Below, in pieces: positions 12,512 to 22,884 of a DNA stretch of 47,963 bases. The DNA comes from Octopus bimaculoides (lineage: Eukaryota). The first letter of the stretch is position 1; every line of letters begins with the position of its first letter. Position numbers and translations under genes: made by a program. Below the pieces are notes generated by a model that searched no databases, was not told the DNA's origin, and was given only the letters and a program-made list of their open reading frames with translations. The stretch is from the NCBI RefSeq assembly GCF_001194135.2, contig NC_068983.1:109880118-109928080 (forward strand), given 5' to 3'.

Positions 12512-14410
12512 ATATGTTAGATGTTTAAATATCACAAGGTAGTTAGTTACTATTTATAAATTGTTAGAAAATGCCTTACTTGAGAAGATAAGTAAAACTA
12601 GAATTTACAGAGGCAGATGTTTTCAGAGAATCTGAAAAAAAAACTTCTGTGCAGTGGTTGAATCTGTTAGTTTATGGCATCTTTACTTAGGTATTAACCA
12701 GAAGGTTTGAAACTATGATGGACAACACCTATGCCTTATGATGCTTTGAATGTGTCCTGGAAAGACAAGTCTATCAAAAAAAAAAAAAAAAGAAATGAAT
12801 AAATAAAATAAAATGTACAGTAAGCATCCAAAACTATCAAACACCATTAAAGAAAGAAGAATTTGCTGCTTTGTTTCATGCCGCTGGAGAAGTGAGGAAA
12901 AGCTAGTTTGGGACACTCTTCACATAATCACATTAGTTGCCTTTCAAAGACCACTTAGATCAATTGACAAATGACACTGGAAGTTACTGGGAATGGCTAT
13001 CACATAATACGAAAGATAAAGATTATAATTACTTAAAATTTCTGTGTAACATTATCTGGCGTCTCTGTACATATCATGAGACTATGGCTCTGTAACGTTT
13101 GGATCAAGCTTGGAAAAGCCTGTTTTTTAATGAAAGACAGTAGTTGCTTATACATGCAAGTATCTCATCTATCAACACCGCCAATGTTTCACCTGGAAAG
13201 GCAAATGCTGATACTGCTTGGTATCAGTATCATTATAATGGTTCTCAATAGAGTGCAAAAAACATAATAGATGCCACTAGGCATCCCGTTTTGTGTGTTT
13301 ACAATTTCATCAATACACCACCCTGTACTTTGATATTACCCAATGATTTGAACCTACAATTTATTCTATTAATAATGTTTGAGTATCTGAAGAGCTTGTG
13401 TATATTCTTTCTATTATATAAATATTAATGTTATATTAGTTTTAGCATTTTCTGTTATCTTGAAAAGGTAATTTGTTTCCTTCAGTTGGAGAATTTCAAA
13501 ATAATAATCAAGTTATATGAGTTCTTGAAACAACTGCAAAAAGAAACAAGAGATTTCTTAAATATTTTAAATTAACTATAATGCTAAATATTTCTTTAGA
13601 TTTGAGAATTTTATTTTATATGAAGTTACTTAAGTATTTCTAGAATGTTTGAAAAAAGATGTGCATTGAACTATTTTAACTAAGATCTCATAGATCTCAT
13701 TATTAGTAAAATCATTTACTAATCTTATCTGTGTTAAATAATTTGATAAACATGTAAGTGTAAGAGGTAATTATTATAAAACTACCAGACTCTTTGCAAA
13801 ACTGGAATATTGAGCTGAGTGTTTAAACATTATACTTGAATATTTTATCTCTATTCATGGATTCATCCTTGTCATTTGTGTTATTGTGATGATTGCTTTG
13901 TTGTAAAATAATTCTCATGCAATTTCACAATTAAAGGTCATTAGTGAATAAGCGCATTTTAACCCTATCATTACTATACTCCTAACCAAAATACACCTCA
14001 TATGTGTTTCAATTAAATTCTAGAATAATCATGAATTTTTACTGGTTTCATAAAACAATTCTAACATTTTTATTAACATATTAATGTGATTTTCAGAACA
14101 CAATTTACCAAAAGGTTCTTAACCAAATTTATGTCATAATTTTTGTCTCAAAGTATATTTAACTAATAATAGTAAATATTGCAAAATATAAAATTATTTA
14201 GATTTTGTTTAAACATCAACACAGGGAATGAGTTATTAGTTAATATTCAATGAATATCAAATAAGATTTTAATATTGTGCAAATCACTGAAATATCTCTC
14301 AGGCAAACTTAATGCACATTAAACAGGTGTACCATGTACATGGATTGGATAAGTAACAGGTTTTAAAAATATATAAGTACTGTGATCTATTCATTCAACT
14401 AAACATTTTT

Positions 14411-14464
14411 CAAGGCCGTGTCCCAGCATGGCTGCAGTCTAATGACTGAAACGAGTAAAAGATA
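14411..14464 (+). mobile_element. SINE 3' tail fragment
   Basis: CCCAGCATGGCTGCAGTCTAATGACTGAAACGAGTAAAAGA matches the tail of the 12138 copy. Confidence 0.8.
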
Positions 14465-15636
14465 CATTTACTCACATACATGCACATAATATCCCTAAAC
14501 ATTCTCAAATTTCTAACTTTCATGCATTCAGGAAATATCAAACTATCTCTTTTTCTTCTTTGTTTATGTTCTGTTTAATGGTTTGTTTGCTCAGTAGTCA
14601 CTTCGTAGACTTTGAAGGAAAAAGTGAAAAAAAATTAATCTAATTGTTTCGTTTCCTTGGAAAGACTGGTCAGGTACATATATATATATATATATAACTA
14701 ATAGAAACAGATTTTTAATTCTTACTATATAACAGGTGCAAATTCACTCTTTTATTGCTTATTGGAACTGTTAGAATTGTTTCACTTTCAGAAATAGAAA
14801 TATCGAATTTATAATCGCACACATGATTTTTGTGTTTGCCATATATTTTCTTAGATATTTCCATGTTGTCTTTTGAAAATATTTGGAATTCAAACTTGTT
14901 GTTTGACAATAGGAAACTGGTACCCACTTTTTGTCCACAGTGAAACATTTCAGGAAATTGAAGTGGACAAACATGTGAAAAAAAAAAAAAAAAAAAAATC
15001 TCCAAACATTTAGTGCTCAGATATCATGTAATATGATGTTGGGAAGTCTAACTCAATTGTTTACATAATGAAATCACATGTTTTCATGAATATACTAAGG
15101 AAATTTATGCTGAAATTTCATTAAAATATGAATACGTTTTTTTTTTCAGATGGTTATGGACGTTTATTAACCAAAATTTTTTGGGGGGTGGCTGTGGGTG
15201 AGTTTGTAACAGAAGGATTAATACCATTCAAATATATCTGACATGAAATGTAGCTTTACAGTAGAAGAAAAAATTCTCTTTAGTGGTTTATTATTTGCAA
15301 ATATTCAAAAGTTTCTTATATTTGACTTATTTTGTAATAATTTTGTATCGAAATTTTAATCAAAAGGATTTTTAGAAACGTATTTTGATATATTTTCACT
15401 GCAATGGCACCTCAATAATAAACACAATATGCAGTAGACTGTATGGTAGCTTCATTTACAGGAAAGGTTTTACATTTCATGAAAATTATCAATATGCTTT
15501 CAAATAATCTTCAAGTGACAGTTTACACGAATGCAAATTTTGTAATTGTCAACCTATATTTTTGTTGAAACTGCTTTTACTTCATGTTGAAGTATGGAAA
15601 AAAAAAAATGGTAATAAATTCCTTAATTTATTGGTT

Positions 15637-15846
15637 TCAAATTTTGGCACACGGCCAGCAATTTTGAGGTTTGGGGAATTCGATTACATGGACCCCATTG
15701 CTCAATTGGTACTTATCTTATCAAGTACACAATGACAAAAGGCAGTGTCAACTTCTGCAGAATTTAAACTCGGAATGTAAAAATGGGTGAAATACCATGA
15801 AGAATTTTGCCTGGTGTGCTAACATTTGTGCCAGCTCACTACCTTA
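15637..15846 (-). mobile_element. Second tRNA-derived SINE family, degenerate
   Basis: Minus strand begins AAGGTAGTGAGCTGGCACAAATGTTAGCAC (A-box-like) with GAGTTTAAATTC (B-box-like). The body (GATAAGTACCAATTGAGCAATGGGGTC) is unlike the 12138 family. Confidence 0.7.
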
Positions 15847-16013
15847 ATTCCTTAATTTATTAAAATTTTGAGTGTACTCATCTCTTATTAAGTTTTTTTC
15901 CTCTCTCATAAAAAGAAGTAAAAATTATTTAAACTACATATCCAGCAAATTTCATGAAAGGCCATATGTAATTATTAAAACTCAATCTTCATTCAATTAT
16001 TAATCATTGACAG

Positions 16014-16222
16014 GATGTGACATATGAAATGGACCGAGGTGTGAATACCAATGATCAGTTACTGTCATGCAGAGGATATAAGCCAATGGGACACTTTCCT
16101 GATTTACGTCAGCCCGACCGTAGCTCCCTTCTTTGTGCCAAAATTGGGCCTTTAGCCAAAATGTTTGGCATTGAGGAGGAACTCACTGAGAAGATTACTG
16201 TTCGTGTTGAGAAATCAATTAG
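16014..16222 (+). CDS. Internal coding exon (phase 0 to 2, 209 nt) of the same gene
   Basis: Acceptor aatcattgacag| and donor AG|gtaagt. Encodes DVTYEMDRGVNTNDQLLSCRGYKPMGHFPDLRQPDRSSLLCAKIGPLAKMFGIEEELTEKITVRVEKSI(R), in frame after 6557. Confidence 0.9.
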
Positions 16223-16829
16223 GTAAGTTTAAATGAAAAATTTTAATTGTTGTTGAAGAAAATCAAGTTTTTGGCTTCATATTTTGCAAATGTTTTGATG
16301 GCTGGGAAATTCTGCTTCTGTTTTAAATTGCATTTAATAATAATTAAAACTTTACTAATATAGCAATGTATCTAACAACAAAATCATATTTATCTGTGAT
16401 AATAATAAAATAAATAAAATATCTGCACTTTTTCTGTTGAATTAGTTTGTGTTAGTATATACTGAAAGTATTTGGATAACTTCCCTAATATTTCATTAAA
16501 AATCAAGTTGTCCTTTAAAAAAATTAAGCATTTTATTATCATAATTAAAATATGTTTTCTTTTTTAAGTTAGGAAGAATGTTGGTGATACCTGAATTGGA
16601 AGTGATGCTGTTTTGGAGACCCGAATTAATTTATGTAGGAAATTCAAAGCTGCTAATTCTACTTTAAATTAGATAAATGCTTAATACAAAAATAACCTCT
16701 GACCAAAAGTTCTTATTGTTGCTTATTAAGTTAATTAGTACTAAGATTGTCTGAGAAATGTTCAAGCTTGACAAAATAAAATTTTACTTTATGCACTTTT
16801 CTTCTCTATTTCTTATAGTGCATACAAGC

Positions 16830-16889
<60 letters not shown>

Positions 16890-17684
16890 TTGATATAGTG
16901 GCATCTCTTTATTAGATCTGTCCTTCAGCAAGTGTTTAGTTCTATCTCCCATCTTACTAAAAATAAAACAAAATAATATTGATTGTGATTCTTTGTACTG
17001 TATTGATTCTTTAGATTGACTACTTATTTGCATAATCATTCATTGATTATTATTCATGACAGAATATATCTTAAAACAAATGCAGAATTAATCCTTAAAT
17101 AAAATAATAGATTGTAAACATTATGCAAATATGCAATAAAGTGTATTTTTGTATTCAAATCATATATTGTTATAAGTGGCTTTTAAAATATAGTGCAGTT
17201 CTAATGTTACTTCTGAAAACTTAGTCCTAAGTGCAAGAAGTTCAGGATTTTTATCCACACATTGCCTTTATAATTTTCTGTGGTTAGGTACAGTCACAGT
17301 GTCATATATCACTATCATTCATATAATAGAAAATAATAAATTTTAACAAGTGAAAAAAGGAAAACTAACTCAGGTAGATAATATTTTAAAAGCTAGAGAT
17401 TAAGACTTTCCTACAAAGAAAAGCAAGAATACATGTGAAATATATTTTTAGCCATCAAAAACTGTTATACTCAATCCCTATTTATTTTGTGATTTTAGAA
17501 CTGTCTCAGTGACCATTTTGCAGTGATACAAAATATGTTTTCGCATCACAAATGATGATAAATGAGTACAACAGATTTTATTTTGGTACCAATGGTTAAA
17601 CAAGCTTTTCAGTTATGTAATGGCTCGAATTTCAATTCAAAGTCTTAAGTAATATTACATACTAGATAAATACATATAGGAAAT

Positions 17685-18080
17685 ATGTGTCTGTTGTTGA
17701 GAAGCTTCCCTCTCAACCATGTAGCCTCAGATCCAAATCTCATTGTGTGGCAGCTTTGACTTGTGCCTTCTATAGTTTCAGGCCAACCAAAACCTTGTAA
17801 GTGGGCTCAGTAGAATCCTGTCAAATATGTGTATGCACATACCCTTGTCTTAGCATTACACTATGGTTGTAAACAAGTATCATCATCATACAAGTGGCGT
17901 TTGTTTACAGTCTTCCATATAAAGCATATCTAGCTATGGTGAAATAGCATTTTGCTTGGAAAGAGGTGAGGGTTTGCAACAGGAAAGGCATCCAGCCGAA
18001 GAGAAGCTAACTCAACAAAGTCTTATCTGGCCAATGCAAGATGGAAAAGTGGATTTTAAACATTGATGATAATGGTGGTG
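17685..18080 (+). mobile_element. Decayed composite SINE: SINE-like head with RTE-like 3' tail
   Basis: Head GAGAAGCTTCCCTCTCAACCATGTAG...GGCCAACCAAAACCTTGT resembles the 12138 head. Tail ACAGGAAAGGCATCCAGCC...ATGGAAAAGTGGATTTTAAACATTGATGAT resembles the RTE 3' end at 24077-24209. Confidence 0.65.
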
Positions 18081-19067
18081 ATATTTCAAGTATTGACAAT
18101 GCAATTAAATGTGAAGAAACTAAAACATTGTATTCTTGAAGTATTATGCTACGTAATTGGGCAACTAAGCAGTAACGTAATTAAATAATATTCTATTTTA
18201 AGTGATACAGGGATAGTTTGCAAATTTTACATGCCTATTCTGGTGGTATATTAAATATTACTTAAATATATGTTAGTATTATATAAATCTAAAATAACAC
18301 GATAAGGTGTATCTGGATGAATTCAGTTTGCTTTACTTGGTAGAATCCATTGTTAGTTTTTAAATTGGTTCTTTATAGCATAGCCGTTTCCTTCTCTATT
18401 TTACTTTTTCTCAGTATGCATATAGTTGAATTAATTTTTACTTTGTGAAGATTCGTTCTGCTCAAACCAACAAAAATGAAAATAGTTTTCAGTTTTACTT
18501 TTAGTTTTTAAATTTGTACACTTGTAATAATTACACTTTCATTACATTATCAGTGCAGAATAAGTTTACTTAGACATATATTGGTATTAAAATTGCTTCT
18601 GAAACATTGACTGTTAGATATTTTTTCTTATAGAGAAAAAAAAAACGCTTTATTTTTCATTATTCTTTCTTACTGTATGATTCCGTTTTATTGAAAAAAT
18701 TGTAAAACTAGCACATGTAAAGCAGATATTAAATTCCAAAGTAAAGTATTATAAAATCCCCCATAATGTAAGATATTTAGTCTCAAGGTACATAAATTAA
18801 CAATAATTAAACTTTGTGCAATTTATATGATTTGCATTCTGATGTGCATTTACTAGAATTAAAATCTCAGACATTTGCAATACGAGCTTCTTAGGCTTGA
18901 CTCTTTGATTTGATCTGGTTTAAAAGATTACAAAATAACCACACACAAAAGAAATTTTACAAAAAAAAAAAACAAAGAAAAGAAAAACAGTAATTTGGAT
19001 GTTGTCTTATTTTAATGAATATGTTTTGCTTAAATTTATCTAACATGAATTTATTTACCTTTTATAG

Positions 19068-19104
19068 GTCTGATGTAATAGCATTTGATTATATTTACAA
19101 TTAA
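19068..19104 (+). CDS. Possible terminal coding exon of the plus-strand gene
   Basis: Acceptor ttatttaccttttatag|. In phase 2 it gives (R)SDVIAFDYIYN then TAA. Short, and other phase-2 acceptors exist (e.g. near 16572). Confidence 0.4.
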
Positions 19105-19507
19105 GCATTTTTATGTTTATTAAATCAATTTAGAAAGAAATGATTTATTATTGTACATATATGTGTTTGTGTATGCAGATGTTAGCTAAGAAAAAGTAAA
19201 CAAAATTTTTCTATGCGTACTGAGTCAAAAATATGATTTCTTCATGTATTTCATACTTTGCCTATATGTTCAAAACATTAACTGTATCAAAGAAATCTTA
19301 TTTTTTCTCAGTTATATGACATTGGATCCAAATATTTTCCTTTGATGTACATGGATGCAAATTTTACACATTCATATGTATGTTTATGAGTTCCCATAGT
19401 TCATAAGTTACATGTCTATATATGCATATATATATACAATATATAAATATTCATACATACATACTGAAACACACAAAACACTGACACATAGATGTGTGTA
19501 TGTGTGT

Positions 19508-19559
<52 letters not shown>

Positions 19560-19946
19560 CAGTATGTATGTTTATATAAAAATAATATATGATTATATAT
19601 CAGTGTTTGTGTGTATGTGTCTTCCTGTCTGTCTCCATAGATATATGTATCTTTAAGTAAATATAGTGTATGATTATATATAGCATTCAACACCTACACA
19701 TACATACAGCTTGTGTTTATATATTACATATATGTGACTCTGTGTGTATGTCAATGTATATAATCTATGTATGTTATATATATACACATATATAAATATA
19801 TATATACACAGACACAGATATATATGTCTACATGTACACACATATATATATACATACAAGTATACACACACACACATATATAGTGTATATATTTATGTAT
19901 ATGGTAGTTGTTTACTCCTTATACAGAGTTTGACCACCTCCTGTAT

Positions 19947-20363
19947 CTATACTTTAGCACCATCATGGCATCTGATGTGGCTTTCTAAACCAGACAATGA
20001 CAATGTTCTGAAAAGACACCCACATAGATTGCACATTCGATTTGGACCACCAAGAGCTGCAGATAGGTTCTGATCTTTGCAGATCTTAAAATGTTTTTTG
20101 AAGCCTCCGTTAGATTTGCAAACCTTCTGGCATACACTACATTCAAAGGTGTGCACAGACATATAGACAGAAGAGTTGGTGGAGGATTGTTTTCCATGGG
20201 CTCGCAAATGAGATTTGAGCCCAGCAAAAGAAAGGCATGGTCAGTCGCGAACTGTGCACACAAAAAGGTCATTGTCATTCACCTTCTCGATCGTAACATT
20301 GTTCCTTAGATCTCTTTGGAGTCATACATGCGTTATCCTGGCCTCTTCAAATGCTTTCACTCC
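19947..20363 (-). mobile_element. RTE-clade LINE ORF C-terminus with tandem zinc fingers (pseudogenised)
   Basis: One frame with stops: GVKAFEEARITHV*LQRDLRNN...FVCTVRD*PCLSFAGLKSHLRAH...FECSVCQKVCKSNGGFKKHFKIC...MCNLCGCLFRTLSLSGLESHIRCH. Confidence 0.8.
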
Positions 20364-20454
20364 ATATATACTTTGTGTATTTATAAATGGATATGTGTCA
20401 ATATATATACATATTCCTTTTTGTATATGTGAATGTGTATGTATATACATATAT

Positions 20455-20511
<57 letters not shown>

Positions 20512-20520
20512 TGTATGTAC

Positions 20521-20657
20521 ATGTGCTCAGGTGTGGCTCAGCAGTAAGAAGTTTGCTTCAAAACCACATGGTTGCAGTTCTAGCCCACTGCATGGCAGCT
20601 TGCACAAGCGTTTTCTACTATAGCCCTTGGCCAACAAAAGGCTTGTAGGCAGAAACT
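20521..20657 (+). mobile_element. SINE 5' head fragment
   Basis: GGTGTGGCTCAGCAGTAAGAAGTTTGCTTCAAAACCACATGGTTGCAGTTCTAGCCCACTGCATGGCAGC...CTACTATAGCCCTTGGCCAAC matches the 12138 head. Confidence 0.8.
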
Positions 20658-20779
20658 GTTGTATTTGGGGATGGTCATGTTGCCAGTTTAGCCAATAAAT
20701 ATATATTTATATAGGTTATGAGCGATAGTGGTGTCAATTAGATCCAAAGGTTTCAGGTAATGCTGAATAAGTGCTATGG

Positions 20780-21150
20780 ATAGACCACAGTTAAGCTCCA
20801 GGTTCGGTGGTCATGCGAATAAGGGGTCCAACGTGGGTCATATATCAGCATGTGAATATAAGGATTTACTTTTCGTAATGAGATAAAAAACCAAGGCTGT
20901 GTATATTATAGAACATTTATAAATAGAATGTCTTACAGTTGTTTCAAGGAAATTTATTATATCCCTTCATCGCAGACGGTGTGAGAGGATGATCAAGCAA
21001 TAGTTAGTTTAGTTAAGATAGGAAATAGAGAGTGAATGTAGGGATATTGTATTTGTAAATCCATTGTTTAGGCAGAATGGTATACATATAAGTTTCCAAT
21101 ACCTTGTGTGTAAAGTCCAATTGTTTTTAAGATTGGTCGATGCCTTTGTC
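20780..21150 (-). mobile_element. Probable Penelope-like element terminal region with a degenerate minimal hammerhead motif
   Basis: Minus strand 20977-20930 has the hammerhead topology typical of Penelope repeats (see findings). Boundaries are approximate. Confidence 0.55.
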
Positions 21151-21191
21151 AACCATTTTACTCATTGGGTATTGGAATCTTAATAATGGTA

Positions 21192-21507
21192 CTAGTTTTA
21201 GTAAATATCTTCAGAATGCGATAAAATGAATTGATACATCGGTCAGAATGCGAAAAATAAATTGATACATTGGTAAAGGTAATAAAGTTAAAATTTGTTA
21301 GTCTTACATCATATTATGTTCTTAACTTGATTATTCTTTTACAATGAAATCCACTCCCCTGTGGAATAATCAATTTAAGAACATAATATAATGTAAGACT
21401 AACAAATTTTGACATTATTACCTTCACTGATGTATCAATTTATTTTGCATATTCTGATGGACGTATCAATTTATTTTTCGCTTTCTGAAGATATTTACTA
21501 AAACTTG
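21192..21507. mobile_element. Foldback/MITE, almost wholly palindromic, with TA TSD
   Basis: TA|CTAGTTTTAGTAAATATCTTCAGAA ... TTCTGAAGATATTTACTAAAACTTG|TA. Arms are ~145 bp (21192-21336, 21364-21507) around a 27 bp spacer. Confidence 0.85.
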
Positions 21508-21769
21508 TAAATTGAAACGACCGTAAATGCTACCTTCTTTGTTAATTAAATAAATTAAAGACACACCAGTGAAAAGGACAAGTTTCTCCTTGTTATTTAC
21601 ATCCATTTTCTTCTTGTATATAATTTTAACTACGCTTTGCCCACCAAACTACCTGCTACTGTACAAATTTACAAATGACTGTACCTACTCAGGTAATCAC
21701 CAGGAACGCCTTTGGATTTAATTATCCCTTAGAGGCTTTAAACTCCTCTAACTGATACCTACACTATAT

Positions 21770-21914
21770 ATATGTATATATATATGTATGTATATATGTA
21801 TGTATGTATGTATANNNNNNNNNNNNNNNNNNNNNNNNNNNNNNNNNNNNNNNNNNNNNNNNNNNNNNNNNNNNNNNNNNNNNNNNNNNNNNNNNNNNNN
21901 NNNNNNNNNNNNNN

Positions 21915-21957
<43 letters not shown>

Positions 21958-22153
21958 TTATATGCATACATGTATATATATACTTATATATATACATATA
22001 GATATATACACACACATATATATATTCATATATATACGTATATATACTTATATGTATATATATATATACTTAAATGTATATATATAGATATAAACATTTA
22101 TGTACATATTTATAGATGTATATGTATTCCTGTATATATATATATATATATAT

Positions 22154-22234
<81 letters not shown>

Positions 22235-22267
22235 CATACACATATACATATATATACATGTATGTAT

Positions 22268-22300
<33 letters not shown>
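21770..22300. repeat. (TA)n/(CA)n microsatellite block spanning an assembly gap
   Basis: Direct reading. Confidence 0.95.
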
Positions 22301-22429
22301 ATGATGATTGTGGTTATCCACTTGTAATCAGGGAAGACAATTGTTGCCCTTTAGGAACATTGTGTGCTCTAGTACTAACTAGAATTTTGCTTTTGTGACT
22401 CCATTGGTGGCGTAAGGGCCCTGCCCTTT

Positions 22430-22790
22430 ATAAGCATACATGACTGCAGGCACTGCAAACCATCTTTTATCCATTCACTAAACTAGCAGTGGACTTTTGA
22501 GCAGCATGCTTGAATTCTGCATGGAAAATACGTACCTCTTTGAAAGTTTTGATCCCCTCCCCTCTTTAATCTGTTTCCCCATCTGAGAAATGCTGATATC
22601 TGAGATCATGCACCAGCACCTGTTACATTGTGCAGCACACCTTATTAGAATGAAGGGTAGTAGGATCCCTAAGCAGATGCTATATGGGGAACTTGTTACT
22701 GGAAAGAGATTCCCAGTAGAAACCAAGGACTGTGTCATGTCCTCATTAATGGCTTGTGATATGCAGAAGACTGACTGGGAGAGCAACGCC
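22430..22790 (+). mobile_element. RTE-clade LINE fragment from the post-RT region
   Basis: LLHCAAHLIRMKGSRIPKQMLYGELVTGKR...KDCVMSSLMACDMQKTDWESNA matches the RTE pattern LRWxGHxxRM...RIPKQxLYGEL. The left boundary is approximate. Confidence 0.8.
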
Positions 22791-22884
22791 TGTCATACAC
22801 ATATGTATATATACATACATATAAGCATATATGTCTATATACACATACATATATGTGTTTATATATATGTGTGTTTATACCAGG

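Noticed and set aside
12713-13330. GC-richer block ending in CACCACCCTGTA, similar to a mariner-type terminus
   Set aside because: No transposase motif or matching second terminus could be read. Too weak to annotate.
7099-15193. Shared motif TTAACCAAAATTT...GGGGGGTGGC at about 7098 and 15167
   Set aside because: Only ~26 nt and made of homopolymer runs. The first copy is explained by a decayed SINE, and the flanks do not align.
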